Shown here in pieces: positions 51,176 through 61,644 of a stretch of DNA of 64,000 nt. Numbering within the stretch: the stretch's first letter is position 1; each line of letters starts with the position of its first letter. The translations under genes were made by a program, and so were the position numbers. The stretch is from an uncultured delta proteobacterium (GTDB lineage: Bacteria; Desulfobacterota; Binatia; Binatales; Binataceae), in the NCBI GenBank assembly GCA_963808235.1, contig CAWEEQ010000004.1, positions 672,001 to 736,000 on the forward strand, written 5' to 3'. The notes under the pieces were generated by a model. That model did not search any database. It saw only the letters and a list, made by a program, of their open reading frames with translations, and was not told the origin of the DNA.

Positions 51176-52619
51176 TGTTGGCAGCGCCGAACGCCTCGCG
51201 CGCGTTCCCTCCGCGGCAAAGCGCGTACATCTGATCGGCGTCGGCGGCACCGCGATGGCGGCTCTCGCCGGGATGCTCTCCGAGCGCGGGCTCTTGGTCA
51301 CCGGCTCCGACAATCAGCTCTACGAGCCAACGGCGTCATTGTTGCGCAACTCGCGCGTCAAGGTCATCGCCGGATTTTCGCCCGCGAACTTGTCGCCGGC
51401 CCCCGATCTCGTGGTCGTCGGCAACGTGATCATGCGCGTCAATCCCGAGGCGGTCGCGCTGCTCGAATCACCCATACCTTATCTCTCGATGCCCGAAGCG
51501 CTGTGGCATTTCTTTCTCAAGGATCGGCGCGTGCTCATGGTCGCGGGAACGCACGGCAAGACCACCTCAACTGCGATGATGGCGCATGTGCTGCACGCTG
51601 CGGGACGCGATCCCTCGATGCTGGTGGGCGGGGTCGCAAACGATTTCGGCTCGAATTATCGGATCGGCGCGGGTTCCGATTTCGTTATCGAGGGCGATGA
51701 ATACGACACCGCGTTTTTCGACAAGGGGCCCAAGTTTCTGCACTATCATGCTCACGGCGCGATCATTACCGCAGTCGAGTTCGATCACGCCGATATCTAC
51801 CGTGACCTCGAACATGTGAAGGAGAGCTTCCGGGCGCTGGTCGAGCAGCTCGATTCGTCGCGCGTGCTCGCGGTATGCGCTGACTTCCCGCACGCAATCG
51901 AGGTGAGCGCCAACGCGCGGGCGCGTCGTCTCAGTTTCGGTCTTCGCGAAGGCGAGTATCGCGCGACTGAGATCTCGATTGGCGGCGAAGGCGCGAAGTT
52001 TTCGATCACCCATGGAGGAAAACGAATTGTCGACGCCGTCCATCTGCCGATGGGCGGGCGGATGAATGTCGCGAACGCGCTTGGCGTTTATGTTCTGCTC
52101 AGCGCGTTCGGAGTTTCAGACGCCGAGATTCTAAGCGGGTTCAAATCGTTCACCGGCGTCGTCCGCCGCCAGCAGGTGACCGGCGAAGCGAACGGAGTGA
52201 CGGTGGTCGACGATTTCGCACATCATCCGACCGCGATCGGCGTGACACTCGAGGCGATCGCCGAACGGTTTCCCGGACGCCGGATCCTGGCCGCGTTCGA
52301 GCCGCGATCGAATACGGCGCGCCGCAATGTTTTTCAGGATTCATTCGCGGCGGCTTTCGATCTCGCATCGCGCGTGTATCTGGGACCCGTCTATTTCAAG
52401 GAAAACGATCCGATTCCACCCGATCAACGTCTCGCGACGGACGCACTCGCAAGCGCGATCAGCGCCCGCGGCCCGGTCGCGCTGGCATGCGACTCGAACG
52501 ATCGGATCCTCGAGCGCATGCTCTCCGACGCGCGCTCTGGCGACGTTGCGCTCTTCATGTCGAACGGCCCCTTCGACGGTTTGAAGGAGCGATTTTTGGC
52601 GGCGCTGCGAGCCAGGTAG
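51168..52619 (+). CDS. mpl: Murein peptide ligase (UDP-MurNAc:L-Ala-D-Glu-mDAP ligase)
   Basis: GVGGTAM, GTHGKTTST, EGDEYDTAFFDKGPKF, DDFAHHPTAI, FEPRSNT, MSNG. Confidence 0.92.
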   Translation: MADVGSAERLARVPSAAKRVHLIGVGGTAMAALAGMLSERGLLVTGSDNQLYEPTASLLRNSRVKVIAGFSPANLSPAPDLVVVGNVIMRVNPEAVALLESPIPYLSMPEALWHFFLKDRRVLMVAGTHGKTTSTAMMAHVLHAAGRDPSMLVGGVANDFGSNYRIGAGSDFVIEGDEYDTAFFDKGPKFLHYHAHGAIITAVEFDHADIYRDLEHVKESFRALVEQLDSSRVLAVCADFPHAIEVSANARARRLSFGLREGEYRATEISIGGEGAKFSITHGGKRIVDAVHLPMGGRMNVANALGVYVLLSAFGVSDAEILSGFKSFTGVVRRQQVTGEANGVTVVDDFAHHPTAIGVTLEAIAERFPGRRILAAFEPRSNTARRNVFQDSFAAAFDLASRVYLGPVYFKENDPIPPDQRLATDALASAISARGPVALACDSNDRILERMLSDARSGDVALFMSNGPFDGLKERFLAALRAR

Positions 52620-52621
52620 GA

Positions 52622-53629
52622 TCAGTATCCGAGCTTGGGATCGACCACGTTCAACAGCGGGCGATTCGAGGCGAATCGTTTCAGATTTTCGACGAACAGC
52701 TCGCACGCCTTGTCCATGTAGCCGCGATTCGCGCCCGAGATATGCGGCGTCAGGATCGCGTTCTCCAGCTCCCAGAGCGGACTCGACGATTCCAGCGGCT
52801 CGTGTTCGAAGACGTCGAGCCCGGCCCCGCCCAACTTGCCCGCCTTAAGCGCGGCGGCCATCGCATGCTCGTCGATGACCTGACCGCGCCCGATGTTCAC
52901 AATGTAGGCGCTCGCCTTCATCGCGCTGAGCTCGCGCACCCCGATAAATTTGTGCGTATGCTCGGTCAGCGGAAGGGTGACCGAAACGTAGTCGCTCTCG
53001 CGAAGAATCTCTTCGCGCTGATCGGGGCCGAAAAAACGCTCCGGGATTCTGCCCGCGGGATCGCCAAGGCCGGGCCGACACCACCCCGGATCGGTCCGCT
53101 CCGCCGGATTGCGCTTCAGTGCGAGCACCTTCATTCCGAATGCCTGGCCGAGCCGAGCCGTCTCGCGTCCGATCGATCCGTAACCGATGATTCCGAGCGT
53201 CTGCCCGCGAATTTCATCGACGCTCGCCATGAACTTGCCCGACCGCAGCCACTCACCCCGCATCTGCGCGCGAATCGCGAGATGAATCCTGTGCGCAAAC
53301 GAGAGCATCGATGCGAGCGTGTATTCCGCAATTGGGGTCGCATGGATCCCGCTGGCTGTGGTGACCGGAATCGTGCTGGTTTTGAGCGGCCCGGCCAGCG
53401 CATGGTCGGCGCCCGCGCTCAGGAGCTGAATCCAGCGCAGCCCGCGCGCGGTCTCGGTCACGTCATTGGGGATCCTGAAAGTGAGCAGCACGTCGCATCC
53501 GTCGCCGACGAGCGCGCTGACGTCCTCAGGCGTGCGACACTGTCGATCGACGATTTCAGCGCCCGCGACGGCGCCGGAGATTGCCGCGCGATGCGCCGGC
53601 TGTAATGCTACTGTCGAAATTATTTTCAT
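52622..53629 (-). CDS. D-2-hydroxyacid dehydrogenase
   Basis: GYGSIG, NIGRG, LDVFEHEPL, TPHISG. Confidence 0.95.
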   Translation of the reverse strand: MKIISTVALQPAHRAAISGAVAGAEIVDRQCRTPEDVSALVGDGCDVLLTFRIPNDVTETARGLRWIQLLSAGADHALAGPLKTSTIPVTTASGIHATPIAEYTLASMLSFAHRIHLAIRAQMRGEWLRSGKFMASVDEIRGQTLGIIGYGSIGRETARLGQAFGMKVLALKRNPAERTDPGWCRPGLGDPAGRIPERFFGPDQREEILRESDYVSVTLPLTEHTHKFIGVRELSAMKASAYIVNIGRGQVIDEHAMAAALKAGKLGGAGLDVFEHEPLESSSPLWELENAILTPHISGANRGYMDKACELFVENLKRFASNRPLLNVVDPKLGY

Positions 53630-53759
53630 GATTGGCTTGATGCCAAAAAACTCTCGCACGCCGTAACCCCGCCTTCAAGGAGAAATCCACGGCTTGAGGT
53701 GATCGCTCACCGGGCTTATGATTCGAACAGGCCGGCGCAAGAGTGGCTGGCGCAATAAA

Positions 53760-54599
53760 ATGAAGTTGCGGAAAATTCTCACCCTGAGCTCGGCTGCGGC
53801 CCTCACGATAGCTCTGTCTCATTTTGCAGTTGCTCAGCAGAACCCCCAGCAAACCAATGGTTCTTCGGGCGCGCAGACGGGCTCCCAGAGCGGTGAAGAT
53901 TCAACCAGTCCCGGTATGGCGGGGCAGGGCGGCAGTGACGACACGACGCTCGAAATAGCGCCGCAACCCGGCGCGCGGGCACCGAAACCCAGCGTCGAAG
54001 AAGTGCCAACCGATCGCAATTTTCGTCCCGGCGAAGACAGCGCCGACGTCGAACCCAGCTTTCGTCCCAAAACCGAGAACGATACCGGCAATATCGACAG
54101 TAACGACAGTAACGGTAGTAGTCAGGGCGAGAATTTCCGACCGCGGCAGCGGCCCTACCTGGGGATCACCGTGCAATACACGACTCAGTGCTACCTCGGC
54201 GGGGAGGAGCATGGGCTCGAAGTGATGACTATCGATCCCAACAGCCCGGCCGCCCAAGCCGGACTGCAGCCGCGCTCTGACTTGACCGCGATCGGCGCCG
54301 CGGTCAGCACGCTCAGCGGAATACTCCCGGGCGGCTCGATCATCGCCAGTTCGGCGCTCGGGCGAACCGGAGCGATGGGACACGGCGGCGACTTGATCGT
54401 CGCTGTCGACGATCGGCGCATCCGCGACCAGAATGATCTGCAAACCGCGATGGCGCGGCTCAAGCCGGGCGACACGATGTACCTGACCGTGATACGGCCG
54501 GACGGCAACTCGCATAAGACGATCAAAATCGCGGTAAAAGTCGGCGCGCTCAACGAGCCGATTGCCAACGCGGCCCCAGCAAACAGCTTCGCCCACTAG
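53760..54599 (+). CDS. Exported stand-alone PDZ-domain protein (paralogue 1)
   Basis: Signal peptide, low-complexity linker, PYLGI...SPAAQAGL[insert]GDLIVAVDD...LKPGDT. Confidence 0.85.
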   Translation: MKLRKILTLSSAAALTIALSHFAVAQQNPQQTNGSSGAQTGSQSGEDSTSPGMAGQGGSDDTTLEIAPQPGARAPKPSVEEVPTDRNFRPGEDSADVEPSFRPKTENDTGNIDSNDSNGSSQGENFRPRQRPYLGITVQYTTQCYLGGEEHGLEVMTIDPNSPAAQAGLQPRSDLTAIGAAVSTLSGILPGGSIIASSALGRTGAMGHGGDLIVAVDDRRIRDQNDLQTAMARLKPGDTMYLTVIRPDGNSHKTIKIAVKVGALNEPIANAAPANSFAH

Positions 54600-54647
54600 A
54601 TCGCGCCTGCTCGATCCGTCCGGGCGGTTCGTTCACAACTTCCTTTT

Positions 54648-54671
54648 TGACCTCACGCCGGGGTCATTTTT
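54648..54671 (+). terminator. Possible intrinsic terminator
   Basis: TGACCTC/GGGGTCA stem followed by TTTTT. Confidence 0.45.
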
Positions 54672-54744
54672 ATTCTTGAGACTTCCGTGGATCGGGCCTA
54701 CGATGGCGCAAGGCGCGCAAAGATGCGCATGGGGGTGATTGGTT

Positions 54745-55653
54745 ATGCGTCATCCGGCATTCCTGGCGAAATTCCTCGTCGCAAAATTCCTTATCGGCAG
54801 TTCGCTCGCAGTCTGCTTTCTCGTCGCCTGCGAATCTTTTGCGGCCGACACTTCGGAACCTACGGCCGCGCCGGCCTTCGCGTCGCAAACGGAGGGCACG
54901 GGAGTTTCACAAGCGCCTGCCCGGCAGCCGGGTGACTCGGCGCCCACTCTCGAGCTCGCGCCGCAACCGTCGACTGGAAATAATTCTCCGACGGGTAGCG
55001 ACAACCCGGAACAACGCGCATTTCGCAAATCGTCGGAGGATGTCGCCGCGTTGAATCGCAATTTTCATCCGGACGATTCCGAACACGCACACAATCCCTA
55101 CCTCGGCATCAGCGTCGAATATTCCACCCAATGCTTTCTCGGGATGGAAGAACACGGATTCGAGGTGATGAACGTGTATCCGGGCAGTCCTGCTGAACGC
55201 GCCGGCTTGCACGCGAGGACCTCGAGCACGCCGATGGGCGATCTCAAGGCGCTCGGAAGCATTCTGTTGCTGCCTGTATCTGTGATCACGATGCCGCTAT
55301 TGAGACGCTCGGGAGAGCTCGGCGAGCCGGGCGACCTTATCGTCGCGGTCGACGACAAACGCGTACGCAGCAAGGGTGAATTCCTCACTGCGCTCGGCCA
55401 TCTCAAACCCGGCGACACGACTTACATCACGGTTATTCGGCCGATTCCCGGCGGATCGCATCGCACGATGCGCATCGCGCTGCACATCGATCGCGAGGTC
55501 GACGCTTCGGGCAATCCGTATCCTCCTTCGAGCACGGAATGCAGGGTGAATCATAAATGTCGTCCGGAATTTGACCCGATGTTGCGCAAGCCCTTCGACG
55601 CGCCGGCAAGTGACGACCCCCATTCGCTCGGCACTGAAAGTGCGGTGAACTGA
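54745..55653 (+). CDS. Exported stand-alone PDZ-domain protein (paralogue 2)
   Basis: Signal peptide; PYLGI...SPAERAGL[insert]GDLIVAVDD...LKPGDT. Confidence 0.85.
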   Translation: MRHPAFLAKFLVAKFLIGSSLAVCFLVACESFAADTSEPTAAPAFASQTEGTGVSQAPARQPGDSAPTLELAPQPSTGNNSPTGSDNPEQRAFRKSSEDVAALNRNFHPDDSEHAHNPYLGISVEYSTQCFLGMEEHGFEVMNVYPGSPAERAGLHARTSSTPMGDLKALGSILLLPVSVITMPLLRRSGELGEPGDLIVAVDDKRVRSKGEFLTALGHLKPGDTTYITVIRPIPGGSHRTMRIALHIDREVDASGNPYPPSSTECRVNHKCRPEFDPMLRKPFDAPASDDPHSLGTESAVN

Positions 55654-55780
55654 CAAAGCCGAATTGACCTCGTTTGGCTAAAGCGATCGCGTGTTCGCGG
55701 CGCGCTTTCTGCTATCATTTTCCGTGACGTCACCTGCATGCGCGCTCCTCGCGCGCATCGCCGGAAGGCGAATTTGCGTA

Positions 55781-58700
55781 TTGGAATCGCGAGATTTGGA
55801 TCGAAGCCTTAAAGAAGCCGCCGGCGAACTCGAAGCGCGCCTCGCTGCCAACAACGATCGACGCTTCCCGGTGATGGGTCTGCGCGGCGCGGCCGGTGCG
55901 CTGATGCTTCGTGAGATGGCGCTTCGTTTGCGCCGCCCGATCATCGCGATCGCTTCGCTTGCCGCCGAGGCCGAAGCGCTCGCAGGGGAAGCCGCGTTCT
56001 TTCTGTCCGAATCGCTCGACGCCGATGCTGCTACGCGCCGCGTGCATTTGCTCCGCTCATGGGAAGTCAAGCCGATGGCGCAATTGTCGCCGCCGACCGA
56101 CGCGCAGGCGTCGCAGCTCGCCGCGCTGTTCGCGATGCTTCGGAATGACTCGCCGCTCATCGTCACTTCGGCTGAAGCGCTCATGACGCGCACGATTCCG
56201 CGTCCGAGCTTCAATGAATCGATCATTACGGTAGCGATTGGCGACCGCCTCGATCTCGAGGTGCTGGTCGATGCGCTCTCGTCATGCGGATACCAGCGGG
56301 TGCCGCAGACCGAGGAACCCGGCGACTTCAGCGTGCGCGGTGGAATTGTTGACGCGTTCTCGCCGCTCTATCGCGATCCAATTCGCATCGAGCTCGAGGA
56401 CGATTTGATCACCTCGATTCGGCACTTCGACGCCCCGAGCCAGCGCTCAGCCCAGGAACTCACCGACGCGACCATCACGCGCACCCGTTACGTGCCGCCG
56501 TCGGCGTTGAAGGATCCGAAGCTTCGTGACTCGGTGGCTCTCAGAGCCGCCGAGATTGGAATGGTCCGCAAAGAGGCCGGCGAACTCGCCGAGACTCTGG
56601 AAAACGGCCTCTTGTTTCCCGGCGCGGAACTCCTGATGCCATACGTTTATGGCCGCGCGCTCGACAGCGTATTCGACTACGTGCCGGGCAACGCGATCCT
56701 GTGGCTAATCGATCCCGGCCGCATTCTGGCCGAGGCAAATCGATTTGCCGATACGGTCGCCAAAGAGACTGCGGCGGCGGCGCTCAAGCCGAGCTTCCAT
56801 CCCGAGCCCAACTCGCTTTTTCTCTCCGCCGACGCCTTCGAGCGCACGCTCGGCAATTTCACCGCCGTCGAAGTGGGCTCGCTGGTGACGATGACCGCGC
56901 CGCGCGAGGGATGGGCCACGCCCGTCGAAGTCAAATCGCAGGCAAGTCTGAAACTCGGCTCCAATCAATTGAGCGGTGCGCGGACCCCGCCAAGCTTCGA
57001 ACCGCTCGCGGCGGAACTGCGTGAAGTCCAACGCGGACAGGGCCGCTCGTTGATGATCGTTGAGGGAGCGCATCAGGTCGCGCGCCTGCGGCGCCATCTT
57101 GAAGCCTGGGACCTCGATGTGAATACCGAATGCAAGAGCTTCGGCGCGCTGCTCGAATGGCCCGACTTTCGACCGGCGATAATGGAAGGCGAGATTTCGG
57201 CGGGCGCCGTCTTGCAAGCTGACGGGCTTTACATTTACAGCGAAGAGGAAATTTTCGGTGAGCCGCGCGCGCATCGCCGCAAGCGCCCGACCGCCAAGGG
57301 CGTACTGCTCAATCTCGAAGAGCTGAAGCCCGACGATTTTATCGTGCACATCGACCACGGAATCGCGAGATACCGCGGACTCAAACATCTCAAGGTCTCC
57401 GACGCGGAAGGCGATTTCCTGAACCTCGAATACGCCGGCAACGACACCATGTACGTCCCCGTCGAGCGGATTAACCTGGTGCAACGCTATGTCGGCGGCG
57501 ACGATGCCGAACCAAAGCTCGACAAGCTCGGCAGCGGTGCGTGGGAAAAAGTAAAGCGCCGCACCCGCCAGGCCGTGCTCGCGATGGCGGGCGAGTTGCT
57601 CGAGATCTACGCCGCGCGCGAGGTGCTCGAGGGCCCCGCCTATCCTCGCCCCGGCGCCGACTACGAGGAATTCGCGGCGCGCTTCGAGTTCGACGAGACC
57701 CCCGACCAGCAATCCGCGATCGATGATGTCATCCGCGACCTGACTCGCGTCAAACCGATGGACCGGCTGATCTGCGGCGACGCCGGCTTCGGAAAAACCG
57801 AGGTCGCACTGCGCGCCGCCTACGTTGCGGTCATGAACGGCCGCCAGGTCGCGGTGCTGGTGCCGACCACGATTCTCGCCGAACAGCACTGGAATACTTT
57901 CCGAGAACGCTTCAAGGATTACCCGGTCCGGGTCGAGATGGTCTCGCGATTCCGCAGCCACAAGGAAAATCACGCCATCATCGAGGAAGCCTCGCGCGGC
58001 AAGGTCGATATCATCGTCGGCACCCATCGCCTGCTGTCGAGCGACGTCCAGTTTCCCCGTCTCGGCCTTCTCGTGATCGACGAGGAGCATCGTTTCGGCG
58101 TCGCGGACAAGGAACGAATCAAGAAACTCAAGAAGCTGGTCCCGGTGCTGACGATGACCGCAACGCCGATTCCGCGCACCCTGCACATGGCGATGCTCGG
58201 CATCCGCGACCTTTCGGTGATTCAGACTGCGCCGCCGGATCGCCAGATGATTCGCACCTTCGTTGCGCACTTCGACGACGCGACAATCCGCGATTCCATT
58301 CTGCGCGAGCTGAACCGCGGCGGGCAGGTCTTCTTCGTGCACAACCGCGTCGAGAATATCGACTACATGGCGAGCCACCTGCGCTCGCTGGTGCCCGAGG
58401 CGAAAATCGCAATCGCGCACGGCCAGATGAAGGAGCGGCAGCTCGAAGACGTGATGCGCGACTTTATCGAAAAGCGGGTCAACGTCCTGGTCTGCAGCGC
58501 GATAATTGAGTCCGGGCTAGACATTCCCAATGCCAATACGATGATCATCAACCGCGCCGATCATTTCGGCCTCGCGCAGCTCTATCAGTTGCGCGGCCGC
58601 GTCGGGCGCTCGCGGCAAAAGGCGTATGCATATCTTCTGATTCCCGGTGAACACATCATCACCCGCGACGCGAAGCGGCGAATCGACGCGCTCCGCGAGC

Positions 58701-59371
58701 TGGTCGAGTCCGAAAGCGGCGGAGGGTTCAAGCTCGCGATGGCCGACCTCGAGCATCGCGGCGCCGGCAATCTGCTTGGGCATGAGCAGCATGGAGAGAT
58801 CGCCGCGGTCGGTTTCGAGCTCTATACCGAGATGATGGAAGAGGCGATAGCGGAGCTGCGCGGGCAGCCGGTTCGCCCCGACTTCGAGCCCGAGCTCAGG
58901 ATCAGCGTCCCCGCGTACATTCCCGAGGCCTACGTTTCCGACGAGAATGAGCGCCTGGTGCTCTATCGCCGGCTCGCGCGTGCGCAGAACGAAGCGGACC
59001 TCGGTGAGCTTCGCGACGAGATTCGCGACCGCTTCGGCCCGGTGCCGACGTTGATCGAAAACCTGATCGCCGCGATGAACGTCCGCCGCCAGATGAAACA
59101 GCTCATGATCCTGAGCGCGATACTGAAGGGATCGCAGCTCGAAATCCGGTTCCATCCGGACGCGCCGGTGGAAACCGCCAAGCTCGTGAAACTGGCGGAT
59201 CAGAATCGGCGCACGATGCGCTTGACGCCTTCGTACCAGATGATCGCGCAAATCGAGCCTGGCGATTACGTGCAACTGTTCGCCCAACTCGACGCCGTCT
59301 TGCAGGCGTTGGCGGGCTGTGAAAAGTTGGACAATTGGCAGGCCGCGAAAGTCGGGCCGGTCATCAACTAG
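55781..59371 (+). CDS. mfd: Transcription-repair coupling factor
   Basis: [55 protein letters not shown]-terminal domain. Start uncertain (55691-55796). Confidence 0.97.
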   Translation: MESRDLDRSLKEAAGELEARLAANNDRRFPVMGLRGAAGALMLREMALRLRRPIIAIASLAAEAEALAGEAAFFLSESLDADAATRRVHLLRSWEVKPMAQLSPPTDAQASQLAALFAMLRNDSPLIVTSAEALMTRTIPRPSFNESIITVAIGDRLDLEVLVDALSSCGYQRVPQTEEPGDFSVRGGIVDAFSPLYRDPIRIELEDDLITSIRHFDAPSQRSAQELTDATITRTRYVPPSALKDPKLRDSVALRAAEIGMVRKEAGELAETLENGLLFPGAELLMPYVYGRALDSVFDYVPGNAILWLIDPGRILAEANRFADTVAKETAAAALKPSFHPEPNSLFLSADAFERTLGNFTAVEVGSLVTMTAPREGWATPVEVKSQASLKLGSNQLSGARTPPSFEPLAAELREVQRGQGRSLMIVEGAHQVARLRRHLEAWDLDVNTECKSFGALLEWPDFRPAIMEGEISAGAVLQADGLYIYSEEEIFGEPRAHRRKRPTAKGVLLNLEELKPDDFIVHIDHGIARYRGLKHLKVSDAEGDFLNLEYAGNDTMYVPVERINLVQRYVGGDDAEPKLDKLGSGAWEKVKRRTRQAVLAMAGELLEIYAAREVLEGPAYPRPGADYEEFAARFEFDETPDQQSAIDDVIRDLTRVKPMDRLICGDAGFGKTEVALRAAYVAVMNGRQVAVLVPTTILAEQHWNTFRERFKDYPVRVEMVSRFRSHKENHAIIEEASRGKVDIIVGTHRLLSSDVQFPRLGLLVIDEEHRFGVADKERIKKLKKLVPVLTMTATPIPRTLHMAMLGIRDLSVIQTAPPDRQMIRTFVAHFDDATIRDSILRELNRGGQVFFVHNRVENIDYMASHLRSLVPEAKIAIAHGQMKERQLEDVMRDFIEKRVNVLVCSAIIESGLDIPNANTMIINRADHFGLAQLYQLRGRVGRSRQKAYAYLLIPGEHIITRDAKRRIDALRELVESESGGGFKLAMADLEHRGAGNLLGHEQHGEIAAVGFELYTEMMEEAIAELRGQPVRPDFEPELRISVPAYIPEAYVSDENERLVLYRRLARAQNEADLGELRDEIRDRFGPVPTLIENLIAAMNVRRQMKQLMILSAILKGSQLEIRFHPDAPVETAKLVKLADQNRRTMRLTPSYQMIAQIEPGDYVQLFAQLDAVLQALAGCEKLDNWQAAKVGPVIN

Positions 59372-59375
59372 ACTG

Positions 59376-60591
59376 ATGCAGAACCGAAAATTGTTGGCTC
59401 GGCCGCCTGCGCGCGGCGCGATCGCGACCGCGTTGGCGGCGTCGTTGGCGACTGCCCTGATATGCGCGGGTTCGGGTTGCTCGGTCGATTTCCTCAAACC
59501 CGAATCGTTCGATTTTATCAAACAAGCCATGGCTGCGCCTCCGTCGGAAGCACCGACGGCATCGCCGTCGCCTGGAGCGGCCAACCCCACTCGGGCTCCG
59601 AAGACTGCTGAGGTCCCGGTTGCCGAGGCGGAGAAGAACGACCCGCCGCCAGCGCCCTACGTGTCACCGGTGGCCGTGCAAGAGTCGCCGGAATCCACCG
59701 CGCCGCCGATCGATCGCGTGGTAGCGAGCGTCGACGGCGAGCCGATCACGATGCGCGAGGTAAAAGATTTCGCCGCGCAACACGGCCGGCCGATCGATAC
59801 GGATGACTTCGCTTCCTCGCAAACGGCCAAGGATTCCGTGAAGGCGCTGATCGGAGAGAAATTGCTCGAGCAAGAAGTGAAAAAGTACGAGGATAAAGTC
59901 GACGAGGGGCAGGTCGACAAGTACATTCAGGAATTGCGCCAGGACAAACATCTGACCGACGAGCAATTCCGCCAGCAACTACAGGCCTCGGGAATGACCT
60001 ACGACGAATTGCGCAAGCGCGCGCGCCTCGACCTCGAAAAAGCGATGATGATCCAGCAAGAGGTGCGCGAGAAAATCGACGTACCCGACGCGGATGTCCA
60101 AGCCTTCTACGATTCGCACAAAGATGACTTCACGGTCGCCAAGGAGCGTCTCAAGCTCGCGCAGATTCTGATCGCGCTGCCACCCAACGCGTCTCCGCAG
60201 CAGGTCGCCGAGGCGCAAAAGAAGGTTGAGCTGGTTCGCGCGCGCATCGCCAAGGGCGAGGACTTCAACGATCTCGCGCGGAAATATTCGGACGACGACT
60301 CAAAGTCAAACGGCGGTGAACTCGGATGGTTCGAGCCGTCGGAACGTCATGGACCAGATCCTCGCCGGCGTGAAACCGCTAAAGCCCGGGCAGGTATCCC
60401 CAACCATTCGCACCAGCCACGGCTTTCATATCGTCAAGCTGGAGGATCATGAGGTACCCGGCCTCCGGCCGCTCAATGAGGTCAAGCCGCAGATTCGCAA
60501 CGCGCTTATCGATCAGCAGTCGAGCACCCAGCTCGAGACCTGGATCGAATCCGATCTGGTCAAACAACACTACGTCGAGACTATGTATTAG
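59376..60591 (+). CDS. surA: SurA-like parvulin peptidyl-prolyl isomerase (frameshift near 60343)
   Basis: DRVVASVDGEPIT, QILIA, FNDLARKYSDD...GGELGWF, then LKPGQVSPTIRTSHGFHIVKL in another frame (extra A in TCGGAACGTC). Position between mfd and pdxA. Confidence 0.85.
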
Positions 60592-61638
60592 ATGGCGATG
60601 GGTTTGCGGCGAAAGACGCCACCGCGGTTGGCAATCAGCATGGGCGATCCGGCTGGCGTTGGCCCGGAGGTGATCCTCAAGGCGGTGGCCGCGCTCTCGA
60701 GCCGTCGCTCCGCTCCGTCGATCGTTGTGATCGGCGACCTGGACGCGATGCGTGCCGCTGCAGCGCGGCTTGGGAGCGTCCCGCCACCGTGCGAATGGCG
60801 TCCCGGTCAGACGCCGATTCGTTCGGGCGCTGGACTCGGTGTATTTCCCGCCTCGAAGCTATCCGCGCGCGCGATTCGTCCGGCGCATCCGTCGGTAGAG
60901 GGCGCGGGCGCCGCGTACGATTACGTACTTACTGGGGCGCGGATGGCGATGCGTGGCGAAGTTGACGCGCTCGTGACCGCGCCGATCAACAAGCATTGGA
61001 TGAACCGCGCGGGGCACAATTTTCCCGGCCATTCCGAGTTGCTCGCGCATCTCGCGCGCACCCGTCTGTGGCGGATGATGCTCACGGGCGGTGAGTTGAC
61101 AGTGGCGCTCGTCACCGTGCACATGAGCCTCGCCAAGGTGCCCGCGGCGCTGACGCAGGGCAACGTGCTGGACACGATTCGCCTGCTGGCCGCGCACTTG
61201 CGTGCAATCGGCATCGCACGTCCGCGAGTCGGAGTGCTCGGCCTCAATCCGCACGCGGGTGAGGGCGGGATGTTCGGCGACGAGGAAGCTCGCGTGATTG
61301 CGCCGGCCATTCGGCGCGCTCAGCGCGGTGGCATCGACGCGTATGGCCCGCTTGCGCCTGACACCGCTTTCATCCGGCCGGCGGGGAATTTCAATTTCGA
61401 CGCCGCCGTCGCGATGTATCACGATCAGGGCTTGATCGCGCTCAAGACTTTGGAGTTTGATCGCGCGGTAAACGTGACGCTCGGCTTGCCGTTCACCCGG
61501 ACTTCGCCGGACCACGGGACCGCCTTCGATATAGCGGGGCGCGGAACCGCGAATCCATCGAGCATGATTGCCGCGATTGAATATGCATCGCGGGCCGTGG
61601 CGGGACGCGAAAGGGCGGCGGGGCGCGCGGCTGCGTAA
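60592..61638 (+). CDS. pdxA: 4-hydroxythreonine-4-phosphate dehydrogenase
   Basis: [45 protein letters not shown]. Confidence 0.96.
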   Translation: MAMGLRRKTPPRLAISMGDPAGVGPEVILKAVAALSSRRSAPSIVVIGDLDAMRAAAARLGSVPPPCEWRPGQTPIRSGAGLGVFPASKLSARAIRPAHPSVEGAGAAYDYVLTGARMAMRGEVDALVTAPINKHWMNRAGHNFPGHSELLAHLARTRLWRMMLTGGELTVALVTVHMSLAKVPAALTQGNVLDTIRLLAAHLRAIGIARPRVGVLGLNPHAGEGGMFGDEEARVIAPAIRRAQRGGIDAYGPLAPDTAFIRPAGNFNFDAAVAMYHDQGLIALKTLEFDRAVNVTLGLPFTRTSPDHGTAFDIAGRGTANPSSMIAAIEYASRAVAGRERAAGRAAA

Positions 61639-61644
61639 GTAACA

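Noticed and set aside
56705-58420. 571-aa minus-strand ORF, and similar long antisense ORFs such as 7193-8392, 14806-15969 and 61813-62781
   Set aside because: Shadow ORFs opposite well-supported genes (mfd, acyl-CoA dehydrogenase, DUF748, uvrA). Expected in high-GC DNA; no motifs.
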